Positions 1-15,120 of a DNA stretch of 64,000 bases are shown here, piece after piece. The stretch is from the human T2T-CHM13v2.0 reference genome, Homo sapiens. A program made the translations under genes and the position numbers. Under the pieces are notes generated by a model. It saw only the letters and a list, made by a program, of their open reading frames with translations, did no database searches and had not been told where the DNA came from. The stretch lies in the NCBI RefSeq assembly GCF_009914755.1, contig NC_060936.1. One strand, given 5' to 3'. Within the stretch, counting starts at the first letter, position 1; every line of letters begins with the position of its first letter.

Positions 1-146
1 GCCTCATTTTCATCAAGGAAATCACTGATCTTCAATTCAAGTTTATTGATTTCCTTTGTTAATATTTCAATCTCTCGATCTCTTATTTTAATTTGGTTTT
101 TACAATTCTTTATTTCAACGACAGCATCTTCTAAACCATATACTCC
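1..146 (-). CDS. CEP290: CEP290 exon 15 (runs off window start)
   Basis: Acceptor AG at 148-147; translates [48 protein letters not shown], in phase with exon 14. Confidence 0.95.
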
Positions 147-866
147 CTGAAAAATATCCAATTTAATTTAAAATATAACATGGTTTACTTGAATAAATTT
201 ATCAAGTTCATGATTTTTTTTTTACTAAGTCTAAAGGAAAATGTACATATGCCTATAATTTATATCATTACACTGGTTTTTTATTGTGCTTTTATAAACC
301 AAATCCAGTAATAATAATGATGTAATATGCAACAGTTAAAACTTTCCAGTATAATATCCTAAAGGCAAAGTGACTCTGAATATGCATTACATATAAAAAA
401 CACTTACCAAAATACTAAAAGAATTAGTAAAAGCAAATCAGCAATACCAGTAGAATAAGTAAGTCATTAGTTGCTTGAATTAGTTGTAACCAATGAAAAA
501 GTATAAAAAGTGGAGAGCAGGTTGTATTGACACAGTATGTTCCTGTCATAAATTCTGTCAAATTGGCCAGTGGTGTCACATCTACATGGTGGCCCAATGA
601 ACACAGATAATAAAAAAAAGTAATCCTGCTGCTTCACCAAAACTGATTATTTGGACAAATCACTGTGATCAAAAGTTTGAAAACAATTCTGGCAAAAAGT
701 AAATGCTCAAAGGTTTCAATAGTTTAGTATAAATTAATGAGGATAATCTTTATCAAAAGATACTTATGGAATGTTTTTTAAATGGTATGCAGTAAATAGC
801 ACAGAATAGTCTGTGAATGGCAAGAATAATTCTAAGCTCCTTGAATGACAAGATAAAAATACATAC

Positions 867-1036
867 CGATTCATAATCTTTTAACCTCTTCAGAGCCTCA
901 ACTAATTCTTTATCCTTTTCCCTAGCATCAGCCTCAGCCAGTTCAGCTGTTCTCTCAGCCTCTTTAGTTTTCTCTTTTAAAATGTCTAACGTTGACTGAA
1001 TTTTCATATGAGTCTGTTGAGAAAGGGTTGAAGCAC
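867..1036 (-). CDS. CEP290: CEP290 exon 14 (170 nt)
   Basis: AG/GT ends; (G)ASTLSQQTHMKIQSTLDILKEKTKEAERTAELAEADAREKDKELVEALKRLKDYES; core of ORF 753..1007. Confidence 0.96.
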
Positions 1037-1297
1037 CTACAGAGTAAAAACAAAAATCATGAATTGAATTGACTACTTATTCCTTCAAATCAGTGATCCC
1101 AACATGGTGGCAAGAAAAGTGGTATGCCATTAAAAAAAAATCCTTTAAAGTTGTCATTTTATATTTGTAAGATGAAAGTTTTGTTTTGGTTTTACTAATA
1201 CAATTTACTAAAAAACTGAAGTTCAGTAAAACCTTCTTAGCTGAAGGGGTATGGATTTTAAAAGGTTGCAAAATACTGCTTTACAAAAAATGATCAT

Positions 1298-1795
1298 TGT
1301 GATACAGACTGCTAGCTGTTCCTAATATTTAACCTCCCTTTTGTCCACTGTACTAAAACTATGGATTTTTAGCTTGACACGTGGCCATTTGAAATAAAGA
1401 ACTAAATTTCCACTTACACACAAGCAGCTATGTGTGGTCATGTCAGTAATGGAATATAAACGCAAAGTTCATATGTGAATTTCAAAAAAAAAAAAAAAAT
1501 GTTTTTAAAATAAAGGAGTAATCTCTCTTCTCTTTCCTCCTTCCTGCTAGCTGAAATCCACATGGATATGAGGGTGGCAACTTCACATGAGTTAGAAACC
1601 ACATGTTGAGATAGGCACAGCAACAAGAGACAGGGTTCCTGATAGGGGATATTTGAGCATCTGTCACACAAATCCTGCCCTAGTTGCTTCAACTTTGTCT
1701 ATATTATAGAGAAATAAATTTCTATCTTGTTTAAATTATTGTATTATGCTTGATTTTTCTGTCACTTGCAGCTAAATTTAATCCAAACTAAGCTA
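1298..1795 (+). mobile_element. Old MaLR LTR (MLT1-like)
   Basis: Starts TGTG; MLT1-like 3' part (agaaataaatttctatcttgtttaa...gtcacttgcagctaaa); heavily diverged. Confidence 0.55.
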
Positions 1796-2689
1796 AAAAC
1801 TTCCTAAATGCCTACTTGTAATATCTTACTAAATTGTTAAAAGACCAAAACATAATATTGCTATCATTCCAAAATTGATTGACAGATCATTCTCACACTC
1901 ATTCATTATAAGCATTTACTAATATATAGGTTATATATTTAATATTGGACTTAGGCATAAAACTAGTACGTTTGAGATCACAAAAGTTTTTAAGAAATGA
2001 GCACAGCTGTCTGGAGCTAACATCTAAGCTGTGCAACATGACACAGGCTGAGTTGTCCCCCAGTATCTATTCTCCCTTCCATCCACATATCTATTCTCCT
2101 ATCATTCTTCCACATGGCCCTACACAATAAACACTATATTTACCTGCCTATCCTTCAGCACATGCTTTTAACTCTTGCCCCTCTTCCTCTGTCTTGCTGT
2201 TTGGGACACAGACATGAGATAAAGCTGCATTCCATCCATTTTGGATGGGGCAGATGAAGGCAACACCCTGGAATGCTTAATTCTAGGCCATTACATAGAT
2301 GAGAAATAAATGTCTATCTTGATTTTGCCATTATTCTTCAGCTCTCTGTTCCTGATAACTAAACCTAATCCTAATCTTATGAAGGAAGAATACCATTAGC
2401 CATTACGTTTTACAAGTTAAGTTCAAGATGTAGAGTACAGTCTAGTACACACACCTTCTGTGAGCTTTAGGGATTATATAACTACGGACTGACTAAAGTG
2501 TTATCAGATAAGTCCTTTTCCTTATTTGACAGCAGAGATCAATTGCCACTTTTTCTCCTAGTAATTAGAATACGCACAATCCATACTATTAGTCATCCTT
2601 TTAAAGCAGTTTAAACTACTTTCAAAGTGTTCTGATACAAATATAATAAACACATAAATAGAAATACATATATATATCGTGGGCTCTTG

Positions 2690-4330
2690 AAGTTACTCAA
2701 CAGTCATACCACATTCTCCACGTCTTCAATCTTTCAGATGACCATTTTATACTTTCACTTCTCTTCTTTCTCCTCAAACTTATGAAACATCTTCTCCTAT
2801 CCTCACCTTCAGCTAAGAACCTTGCTCCCTTGTTCACTGAGAAAAAAGCAGCAACCAGTTTAGAACTTCCACAAATTCCCATTACCAGGATGTCTACCAA
2901 GCCACCTACATCAATATCTATACACTCTACCTTCTTTTCTACAATTATGGATGAACTCTGTGTTCCTAGTTAAGGCCAACCTCTTCACTGGCACACTAGG
3001 ATCCCATCCCATTGCATTCTTAAAAATATTATTGTTCCAGAAGTTCTCTCTCTCCACTTCATTGATTCATTAATGTTTCTTCTTTAATGGAGCTCTCCTA
3101 TTAACCTAAAATCATGAGTTATTTCTTCCATCTTAAAGAGAAAAATGTTTTCTTAATCCCTCTTTCCCCTCAAGCTACCACCTTGTTTTCTCCTTCTCTT
3201 TATAGAAACAGTCCTGGAAAAGGGTTCCTATATTTCTTTATTACATTTCCTCTCTACCCATTTTCTCTTGAACCAAAAATGACCATTGCTAAGTCCAATA
3301 GTCAACTTTTAGTGATCATCTTGACCTATCAGCAGCAATGAACACAGCTCTGAAAGCAGTTGTTTCTTCTTCCTTGGTTACATTCCTCATGTGGTTTTCA
3401 GGGCTCTCCATACTCCTGCTTTTCCTCCTAGCTCTCTGGGCTTTCCTTTTCAGTCTCCTTTGGTAGCTCCTTTTTATCTCCCCAGCTGCTAAAGTAGAAG
3501 CTCTTTAGATTTTTCTTCTTAACCTACATTTACTCCCTTGGTGATCTTAGCCAGCCTCATTATTTCAATTACTTTTACAGAGACAGTTACCAAACATATC
3601 TTTAGCCTAGATTGTTGTCCTAAACCTTAAACTTTTATATACAAGTGCCTACTTAACACCTTCACTTGAATGTCTAATAAGCATCTCAAACCTAACATGT
3701 CTAAAATTAAGTACCTGATTATCTCTCAACCTGCTCTTCCCACAACCCCACCATGACCAAAACTTTTGGTTCAGACCAAGAGTTCTCTCTCTCTCACATC
3801 CTACATCTGATCTGTTAGCAAATTCCATTTTTATCACTTTCAAAATACATCCAGAACTGCTGCATCCAGTAACTCCACTGCTACCACCATGCCCCAAACC
3901 ACCATCACTTTTCTCCAGATTATTGCAATAGTCTTCTAACAGGTCTCCCTGATTCTTATTTACCACTCCTACAGTCTACTGCAAACACAGCCTAAGTCAA
4001 ATTATATCATTTCTATCTTCAGAAACTTTCCCCGGTGTCCCTTCTCACTTAAAAGCCAAGTCTGCACAATGAACTATAAGGCCCCATATGATATGGCCTC
4101 TGTTTACCTCTCTGGTCTTATCACTGCCTCACTTGCTGACTCTACTCCAGCCAAAAAGACTTCTTTGTTGTTCTCAGACATGATTGGTACACTCCTGCTT
4201 TACTGCCTTTGAACTTATTCCCACTGCTTAGAGCCATCTGCATGTTTCACTCCTTTACTTCCTTTAAGTATTGGTTCAATTATCTCCTGAGCAAGGCTTT
4301 TGCTTCATTTTTGAAATTACAACCGTACCT
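2690..4330 (+). mobile_element. LINE-2 fragment
   Basis: L2-type tracts (gaatgtctaataagcatctcaaacctaacatgtctaaaa; ccagattattgcaatagtcttctaacaggtctccctg). Confidence 0.7.
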
Positions 4331-4340
4331 GCAAACACAT

Positions 4341-4515
4341 CACTACACTTACACACACATATGTGCACGGAATCACTATTTCTTCTTCATGTCATATATA
4401 CAAATATATATATATACACACACACATATGACATGTATATATATGTGTATATATGTATATATATATGACATGAAGAAGAAATAGTGATTCCATGCGCGTG
4501 TGTATAAATGTAGTG
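4341..4515. repeat. Long inverted repeat around a (TA)/(CA) microsatellite
   Basis: 4369-4400 is the exact reverse complement of 4460-4491 (32 bp); imperfect extension to 4341 and 4515. Confidence 0.95.
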
Positions 4516-5114
4516 TATACATATATACATAGTCACCAATTATAATAAACATGTCCATGAATTTCCCATGAACAGTTCGCACTAGTGTGCCCTGGCATAA
4601 CTATAGTATGTAGTGCTATGGAAATATAACAACACAGATATTGTAAGAACTTATATTCATAGAATTTGATGTGTTAAAAAAGGTAATATGGCTCAGGGTA
4701 AGGAGAATATGATGAAACATTAATTTGGGTAAGATTAATGTGAAATTACCTCTGAAAACTATCTGCAATGCTGTTACACTGGTCAAAATTTTATTATCTT
4801 CCATTCTTTGTTAATTATAAAAAGTTAAATAAAAATAATTGTATCACAATTTTTCATTTCTTTCATACCAGTGACCTGGTAATAAACGTTAATGTAATTT
4901 TCACCAGAGGAGAAAAATAATAGAAAATGCATCCATCATTTACAAATGTAAGCACTAGTAATATAAGTATAATAATAAATATCTTGTACAATTTTTTGAA
5001 AATATAAAATTCAAATGGAGAAAACTCAATATTGACTTGACATTTTATTTTAATAAAAATAAAGTCGTTAAAAACATAATTGTATATAAAATAACTATAT
5101 ATTTATAAAAATAC

Positions 5115-5238
5115 CTTTGTTTCTTTGGAGCTCATTTTTCAAATCTTCAATAATACAAGTATTCTTTTCCATTTCTTTTGTATATTGTTCTACTTGTTCG
5201 GTGAGCATCTTAATTTGACTGTCTCGTTCCTGTATACC
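5115..5238 (-). CDS. CEP290: CEP290 exon 13 (124 nt)
   Basis: AG/GT ends; [41 protein letters not shown]. Confidence 0.96.
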
Positions 5239-6184
5239 CTATAAAATATTTTAAAACAATATATATCCCTTCATGAATATTAACCTAAAAAGGTAAGGAA
5301 AAAAGTACGTCTGATTTTTTTCAACAAGACTGTAGAACATATTTTCTTGTGGGTACAAGTATGCCTTTTACCATTTTGTACACTTCAACTGTAATACACA
5401 ATGATAGGTACACTGCTGTTACTCCAATACTGAAAGATGGATATAATGGCTAACACTCTGGAAAATAGGATTTCCAGAACTCCCTAATGTTTGTGGCTTC
5501 TATACTTCCTTATATGTTACTTTCCTCATCCTCCATTCAATTCCACCTTTTTACCATTTTGTATGTTTCTGTTTTGCTCTGTGCTTTCTCTTTTATTCAA
5601 CTTAGCTTTTTCCCCTTTCGTACTTTATTAAAAAATGTTGTCCCCTGTAATTGTTCTTATTCAGCATACACTTTTCAAATCATCTTCTTACTTGTGGACT
5701 ATAACTACAGCACAAATAATAAAAGTATTACTTCCTTTTATTTGGGTTATTTTCACTAAAAATAAAATAGGTAGCACAGTCAAATTATAACCATGCTTTT
5801 AGCTTATTTCACATTGTATAGGGTATGTTAGGACTAAGATACAGTAAAATAAACCTTAAAAGAGTATAAAATTATTTTAAATTTCTAAAAGTTTTTAATC
5901 ATTTCTTGTTAAATAATTTCTAACCAAAACAATGTGTGTACTATCCACATAAACATAGAAAAATAAACACAGTAACTCTAGTTCTAAGTCTAATCCGTGA
6001 TCTAAACTTAATTCTAATTTTTTATTGGGACCAGGTGGTAGAAGAAATTTCAAAAGACATTATTATACACTTGGTAGTACCAGCCGCTACACTAGGCACT
6101 GATGATATAATAAATAAAAGACATCGTTCAGAGTTCCAACTGTAATAAAACTGGTTGATAAACAAAATTCTGTTAAGATTTTAC

Positions 6185-6307
6185 CTGCTGTAGAGCCATA
6201 ACATTACTTTTATCAGCATCAAGCTGAGCATTCTTAAGTTTCTCCCTTAGGTTATGTAACATTTGCTGATACTCAATAATTTCATCATCTTTAGAAGACA
6301 AAATTAG
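6185..6307 (-). CDS. CEP290: CEP290 exon 12 (123 nt)
   Basis: AG/GT ends; [41 protein letters not shown]. Confidence 0.96.
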
Positions 6308-6599
6308 CTAGAAATAAACACAATAGAATCTGTTATGCAAAAGGAAAGTTAATAAAACATTCTTCATTATCATAAATAATAAACACCGTTAGTAGATTTA
6401 TGATACAGAAAATAAAAATTATTTGAAATGAGAAAGTATGAGCAACTACTGGCATAATCTCTGTTCCTTTTGTATATACAACCTGAAATTCAAATAGAAA
6501 ATGATTTTAAAATATATACTGAATTTTCTTTTTTTATAATTCAATCTTTAAAAATATTTCAACCTTTCAAAACTCATTTATAAACAAGAAGTACTTCCA

Positions 6600-7900
<1,301 letters not shown>

Positions 7901-7947
7901 CCATTTACCCTGCCAACATTCAATCTGGTAAAGACAACTGTTTTTTC

Positions 7948-8145
7948 CAGGGGTTGGTAGACTATGGCCCAAAGGTCAAATCTGGCCTCCCATCTGCTTT
8001 TGTAAATAAAATTTTACCGGAAAACCACCTTGCTCACTCATTTACGTATTGTCAATGGCTGCTTTCATGCTATAAGCAGAGTTTAGTTATAGCAGAGACC
8101 AGGTGGTCTAAAATATTCACTGTCTGGCCCTTTATATAAAGTTTA
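7948..8145. mobile_element. hAT-Charlie MITE (MER58-like)
   Basis: caggggttggtagactatggccc...tttgtaaataaaatttta...ctggccctttatataaagttt matches the recalled MER58 pattern. Confidence 0.7.
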
Positions 8146-8883
8146 TGGAGACATGACTGATTCTATAGGCCTTATTTCCATTGCTAATGCTTTTGTTTAA
8201 AATATAGGTTATCTGAGCTCCCTAGATGCTAACCAGTTCCAAACTGCCCACAAGATTTATGTGAACCATACTAGAAAGCAATGACTCTAGAAGTGATAGT
8301 TTTTAAAATTAGAATTATTCATTCAGAATAATCTCTGATGTTTTTCAAGTATACAACCATCATAATCCCAGCTTCTAATATGGTAAGGCCTGACAATTTG
8401 GTTAAGGTTGGAGAGTGGTGGTGAGGAAGAAAAGTGTATTTTGAAAAGGCTTCCCAAGTTATTCTGATCCCTTTGCTTATTCCCATTCCCACTGATGAAC
8501 CTGACATTTAGTTAGAAAAACTAAAATTAAACCTGCAACTATTTAACTAATGTATATAAGGTAACTATGAGTTAAGTAAAAAAATTTAAATTATATTTCG
8601 AATTATATATTTCAGATGCCAAATATATTTTGGAGTTAGACTTCTATCAAAAAGTTTAAAGTTAAACTCATTGATGTGAAAGAGGTCATTCAATAACAAA
8701 TTAGCTAGAGATCAAAAAGGACAGTTCTAGAGCTTTTCTAACCAATAAATAAAATAAACTTATGTTTAAAAACCCTAATAAACGTGTTATAAACCAGTAT
8801 AAGACATTTAAAGAAAAATAAGACTAAAATTTAAATCTAAAATACAAAAAGAAAAAGTTATTATGTCAATTGAAAAAAAATAC

Positions 8884-8973
8884 CTTCCATTCTTCTACTT
8901 TTGCATTGACAGCTACCATAATTGGATCATCTTCTTCATTTTTTGATTTCAGAAGATCTGTAAGCTCCTGCAC
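8884..8973 (-). CDS. CEP290: CEP290 exon 11 (90 nt)
   Basis: AG/GT ends; [30 protein letters not shown]. Confidence 0.96.
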
Positions 8974-9635
8974 CTAAAAGACAACAGTTATTTCAAGAGT
9001 TGTTGCAAACTGATGTAACATATATTTACACCTGTGCATATTTACATATACATTATATATATAAATATATCTACATACACACACATACGTATTCATACTT
9101 ATTATATACACATACATACGGATACATTACATTACATATGTGTATTTATCATTGAAGTCATCCTGGAATTATAGGTGACATTTAATAGTTTCTGCATCTT
9201 ATAATTGCATAATTATCTTTCATTACTAGAAAATTTTATTTTTAAACATTATTCTACCTTTTAAACAAATTTAATCCACATAAATACTGAACAATGTATT
9301 GGTTTCTAATATATTTATAATGTATTTATTTTAAGATAAAATGAAATGTTATGATCCACAGGATTTTCAGTAGTCTTTTATAGAAAACCCCATAATGACT
9401 GCTATCTACACATTCATTCAAGTATCATTTATATATCCTAAATTGCAAAAATTAGTGTTTGTGAGGTGATTGGAGAAACACATATGGACAAATATACCAA
9501 CATGACAAGATATTACACTATTAAAAAGACAGACAAAAATTCACATCCTAGAAAAAGTACTTTCTAGTGTCAAATAAATAGTAATGAGATAATATGAAGT
9601 CTGAATAAATAAGTTATTCTAAAAGTAATTCTTAC

Positions 9636-9818
9636 TTGAAGTTGATAATGATCGTTTTCTTTTTTTAACTGATCTATTACATTATCTGTCTGATGCACAA
9701 TAGCTTTCATTCTATTATATTCATCAGTCATCTTCTCCATTTCCTGTACAGACTCTTCTAAATTTTTTCTCATTTCTTGATTCTGAACTTCAATTTTCTC
9801 ATTAGCTTCTGTTAAAGT
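9636..9818 (-). CDS. CEP290: CEP290 exon 10 (183 nt)
   Basis: AG/GT ends; [61 protein letters not shown]. Confidence 0.96.
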
Positions 9819-10209
9819 CTAAAAAAGTTAAAGACACTATAATTAAAAAGTAATTTTAAAAAAACTGAAATTTAAACCAAATTAAAATTAAACGCAGCCA
9901 TAAGTGTCCTCTAGAAAAAAAGAGAATTCTTTATAGACCTTTACTAATTGGCATTGACCAATTAAATCAAATTGAATCAAGAAAATAGTACATAAGGACC
10001 TCAATTGTTCTTAATGACCAAGACAGGCAAATATAAAAATGGCTAAAAAGTTGCAACTTCAAAGATGTAATTTATTTCACATTTTACAAGTACATAGTGA
10101 CAGATTTATACCAGGGAATTTACATGTAGGGCTAAATATTATATTTACATTGTAATGAAATTAAAGTTTTTAGGAACCATTGCTCTGAATTGACTTCTAG
10201 CCATTTTAC

Positions 10210-10362
10210 CTGAATTTCATCAAGATATTGGATAAGCTCATAGTTTTTTTTAGACAACTGTGATCGGTAGTCACTGTCTTCCCCTCTTCTTGATAAAAGT
10301 GTTTCTTTCTGTGAATCTATTTGTTTCTGGTAGTCAATAATATCCTGACAAAGTTGTTCATT
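10210..10362 (-). CDS. CEP290: CEP290 exon 9 (153 nt)
   Basis: AG/GT ends; NEQLCQDIIDYQKQIDSQKETLLSRRGEDSDYRSQLSKKNYELIQYLDEIQ. Confidence 0.96.
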
Positions 10363-10486
10363 CTGAAGGTAACCAAACACAACATTCAATTACAAAACTA
10401 TTCAGAATAACAAAATCATATCCTCTAAATAGTGCTCTCACAACATATTTTAAATTCCCAAGATTTCACCACACTTAAAGCCTCAC

Positions 10487-10507
10487 CTTTTTCTTTAGAC
10501 GTTTGTT
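10487..10507 (-). CDS. CEP290: CEP290 exon 8 (21-nt microexon)
   Basis: ttttctgtag|AACAAACGTCTAAAGAAAAAG|gtgagg; encodes NKRLKKK, phase 0 at both ends. Confidence 0.93.
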
Positions 10508-11106
10508 CTACAGAAAAGGACAGGAAAACGGTAATTAGAAATGAGAAAGGTAATACATAATTAAAAATAATAATCAGAAACTAAAGAAAACAAAAAAATT
10601 TTGGGAAAATGATGCATATTATCTTGAATAACCAAAGAAAGAATACTAATTATCTACCAAAACAAATAATATTTCAATTATGTTAGAAACTTAAGAACTT
10701 CTATCAGAATAAACAATGTACAAACATTATTTGGCTCAGTAGAACCAAATGATAATCAGAATTTATAAGATTCCACAAGTAACAAAAAATTTTAAAGGAT
10801 TCTGGGTAAGAGAAATAAGAATAGAAATCCAGTCATCTATTCAATTAGAAAACTAGCAAAGAATGGCTTATAAAACAACAAAAAAAGATTTACCCGCATA
10901 GACCTGAGATGAATGTAATACTTAATGGCCTCACATTTTGCTTTGTTTTCTATTTCCCTGAGACAAAGTCATACCATAAAATCAGTCTGAAAACATCAGT
11001 TACTTAGAAGACTCCAGTCCTGGTTAAAATATAAATTTATGTAAACTTAGGTACTTATTTTAATAAGTACCTTTGTTGAACCACCACAACTACTAAAATT
11101 TTTTAC

Positions 11107-11160
11107 CTCTCTTCTTAATTTGCTGTTTTCATTTTCTGCCTCCTCATTTCGAAGAGCCAA
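11107..11160 (-). CDS. CEP290: CEP290 exon 7 (54 nt)
   Basis: Long pyrimidine tract plus AG, GT donor; LALRNEEAENENSKLRRE. Confidence 0.95.
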
Positions 11161-11213
11161 CTAAAATAGTAAAAAAAAAAAATAAATAAGAAGAAGATAA
11201 AATTCAGCAGTAA

Positions 11214-11503
11214 TTTTTTTTTTTTTGAGACAAAGTCTTTGTCGCCTAGGCTGGAGTACAGTGGTGCGATCTCGGCTCACTGCAACCTCTGCCTCCCGGT
11301 TCAAGCAATTCTCCCACCTCAGCCTACCGAGTAGCTGGAATTACTGGCATGCATTACCATAACTGGCTAATTTTTGTATTTTTAGTAGAGACGGGGTTTC
11401 ACTGTGTTAGCCAGGCTGGTCTTGAACTCCTGGCCTCAAGTGATCCATCTGCCTCAACCTCCCAAAGTGCTAGGATTTCAGACATGAGCCACTGTGCCTG
11501 GCC
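11214..11503 (-). mobile_element. AluS about 50 nt upstream of the CEP290 exon 7 acceptor
   Basis: Full reverse Alu; TSD tcagcagtaattt at 11204-11216 and 11505-11517. Confidence 0.96.
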
Positions 11504-12669
11504 ATCAGCAGTAATTTAATATAAAGCCAGATATTCAGCTTATCTACTTAAATTTTAAATCCTCTCTAACAAAGTAGAAAATGTTAAAGCTATTAAGGAT
11601 TTAATATCAACCTAACACATAAATAATAGGCCAAAATTTTCAAAACTTAAGGATTTAAGGATTAAACAGTTTCATTTTAAAGAATTAAAAAGAACACACA
11701 CACAAACTAACCAAAGAATACAGAAACAAATTAATCTGCTCCTCCAAAAAAACCCCTAATAAAATGGTTTTCTGCCCAACATCTTTATTTTACTTTTCTA
11801 AGTCATAGCTAGACTATTATTTGCTCTCAGTGAACATAAATTACTTAGAAATATAAGGCAATACAACACAATGGTTAAAAGAAGCAATCTAAAATCACAC
11901 CGGCCTAGGTTTATGTCCCTCATCAACCAATTTCTAGTAAAGCATGAATGAGTTACTTAACATCTCTTTAACTCAGTTTTCTCATACATGCTGACATAAG
12001 AGTTAAACAAGAAGCATACAGAGTTCTTAGAAAAATGATCAGTGAATAGAATAGCAAAAAGTAATACAGCATTCTCTTATCTACATATAAGTGACTTTAT
12101 CTGTGATTCTTGTTTCTCTGAACAGGCAAACATTATTATAAACATTATGATGCCTTTTTTCACCTATTCTCCAAACCTCATTCCTCTTATGACCTTTCAT
12201 TTTTCTGGTTCTCCTCTTTATTAAAGGAGACGATAGAATCACAATGGTATACAACGATATTTAAAAAGTCTATAATAAAGAACCAAATGTAGTATGTGAT
12301 CCTTGACAGAACTTTGGATATTGGAGGTGGGGAGACTGAAGGATATTATTGGGCCATTAGAAGAAATCTCATTATGGACTAGATAATGGTGTTGAATCAA
12401 TATTAAAATTCCTGAGCATGACAATTATATTGTGTTCATTGTAGGAGAACATCTTTCTTTTTCAAACAGACAAGCTGAAATATTTAAGTGCAAAGTATCA
12501 TATCTGCAATTAGCTCTTAAATGACTCAGCAAAAAATGTGATTGAACAAACAAGAGACAGAGAAATACATGTGTGTGTAAAAATACTGACAAAAAGATAA
12601 AGCAAAGTTGGCACAACATTAAGAACTGGTGAATCTATATGAAGGGTATGTGGGTGGTTATTGTTTTTC

Positions 12670-13625
<956 letters not shown>

Positions 13626-13829
13626 TTTCTTACAATCTTTATGAAGATATGACATTTTTCAAAATAAAAATTTAAAGAAAGTTTATAATAAAATGCAAAC
13701 TACAATACAAATTTTAGAAGTTTGCCTATCATTATTATTATCAATTGAAAGTTAATAATCCCACTGTGTTCTGAATTGGGAAATTTTTACAAGAAGAGAA
13801 GCCAAGAACTTAATGCTAAAGCATTTAAT

Positions 13830-15120
13830 GCTATTAATGTTTTTTTCCCTTGTCTTCTCAAACATCACACTCTGTTTCTCCTTTCTTGAGCTTTTCCTTG
13901 AAGCACTCTTCCTATTTCATTGCTTTATTAGACATTTCTCAGAGACGTGCCTTACAATCACTTCTCTGGCTTCAATAATGTCTACATTGATGATTCATAA
14001 ATCCTCATCATCTGTACAGGGTCTCTTGTGAATTCCATATCCACAGATACCCTTTTTGAATATGCCCAGAAGAACCTCAAACTCAACATCTACAAAACTG
14101 AAATAATCTCAAGCTTTCCAAATTCCTCTTGTGTTCCTCCTTAATGAATGGCACTATCTACCTATTTAGTGGCCCAACCCACAAAATTAGGCAGACTCTC
14201 CATCCTCCCTCTCCTCCAACAACCAATTACATTCACCACATCCAATTACATCTACTTCTCTCACACTTGTCTTTCTCAGGCAAATGCCATCATTAGCACT
14301 TCCCTGAATTAACACAAATGTTTCCTTACTAGTCTTGGCCCTTTTCAATCCACTCTCTACAAAGTACAGTAAACTTTTAAAGTATAGATCTGATCATGAT
14401 ATCCTGTGCTCAAAACTCTTCACTGGCTCCTTTCAGGAAAAGAACCAAATTCATTAGGAACTGGCCCTTGCTTATCTCTCCAGAGGATCATAAAAAATAA
14501 AACTGGGAAGGCAAGATAGCACAGACTCTTGAGTAAGACTGTTTTCAAATCCTACCTTTACCATTTATAAGCTGTGCAACCATGGGCAATTACTCTTTCT
14601 GTGTCTCCATTTCTTCATCTGTATCATGGCAGAAATGACAACTATCTCATATGACAAGTATCAAATAAGCAATAATGAATTAATGCATATGAAGTGCCTG
14701 GCACATAGTAAGGACTCTATGAAAGCTATTTTCACTTATATTTCAGTCAAAATGAATAACTGTAGTTTCCTAAATACTCCATAACATCTCTTACCTCTAG
14801 GTCTTAGCAAATGCTATATCTTCTACCCAGAATGTTCTTTTATTAACCACCATATATATCCTCATTCCTCTTACCAGTCTAACTATACTTCAGGTCTCAG
14901 TTTACAGATCACATCCTGCACCTCAAGGCTGATTACGGTATCTCTCTCCAGAGTATGCCAGAATATGACCTTATGTATCTCCCTAAGTATCATATTATCA
15001 CTATGTTATGCTTATTATTGACTATGAATATTCTTGAGAACCAGAACATAGTTGCCCACTATATCACTAGTAACTAGCAGCCTCTGGTATGCTGTAAAGA
15101 CTCAATAAAACTGAATGACT
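13830..15120 (+). mobile_element. LINE-2 fragment with an internal MIR (~14510-14720)
   Basis: L2 tracts (acctcaaactcaacatctacaaaactgaa); MIR core (ctgtgcaaccatgggcaattact...tttcttcatctgta). Confidence 0.6.

Noticed and set aside
753-866. Hydrophobic tails on ORFs such as 753..1007, 9570..9773, 10132..10389, 28245..28493 and 40637..40846
   Set aside because: Read-through of real exons past canonical GT donors into T-rich intron; no independent evidence of alternative last exons
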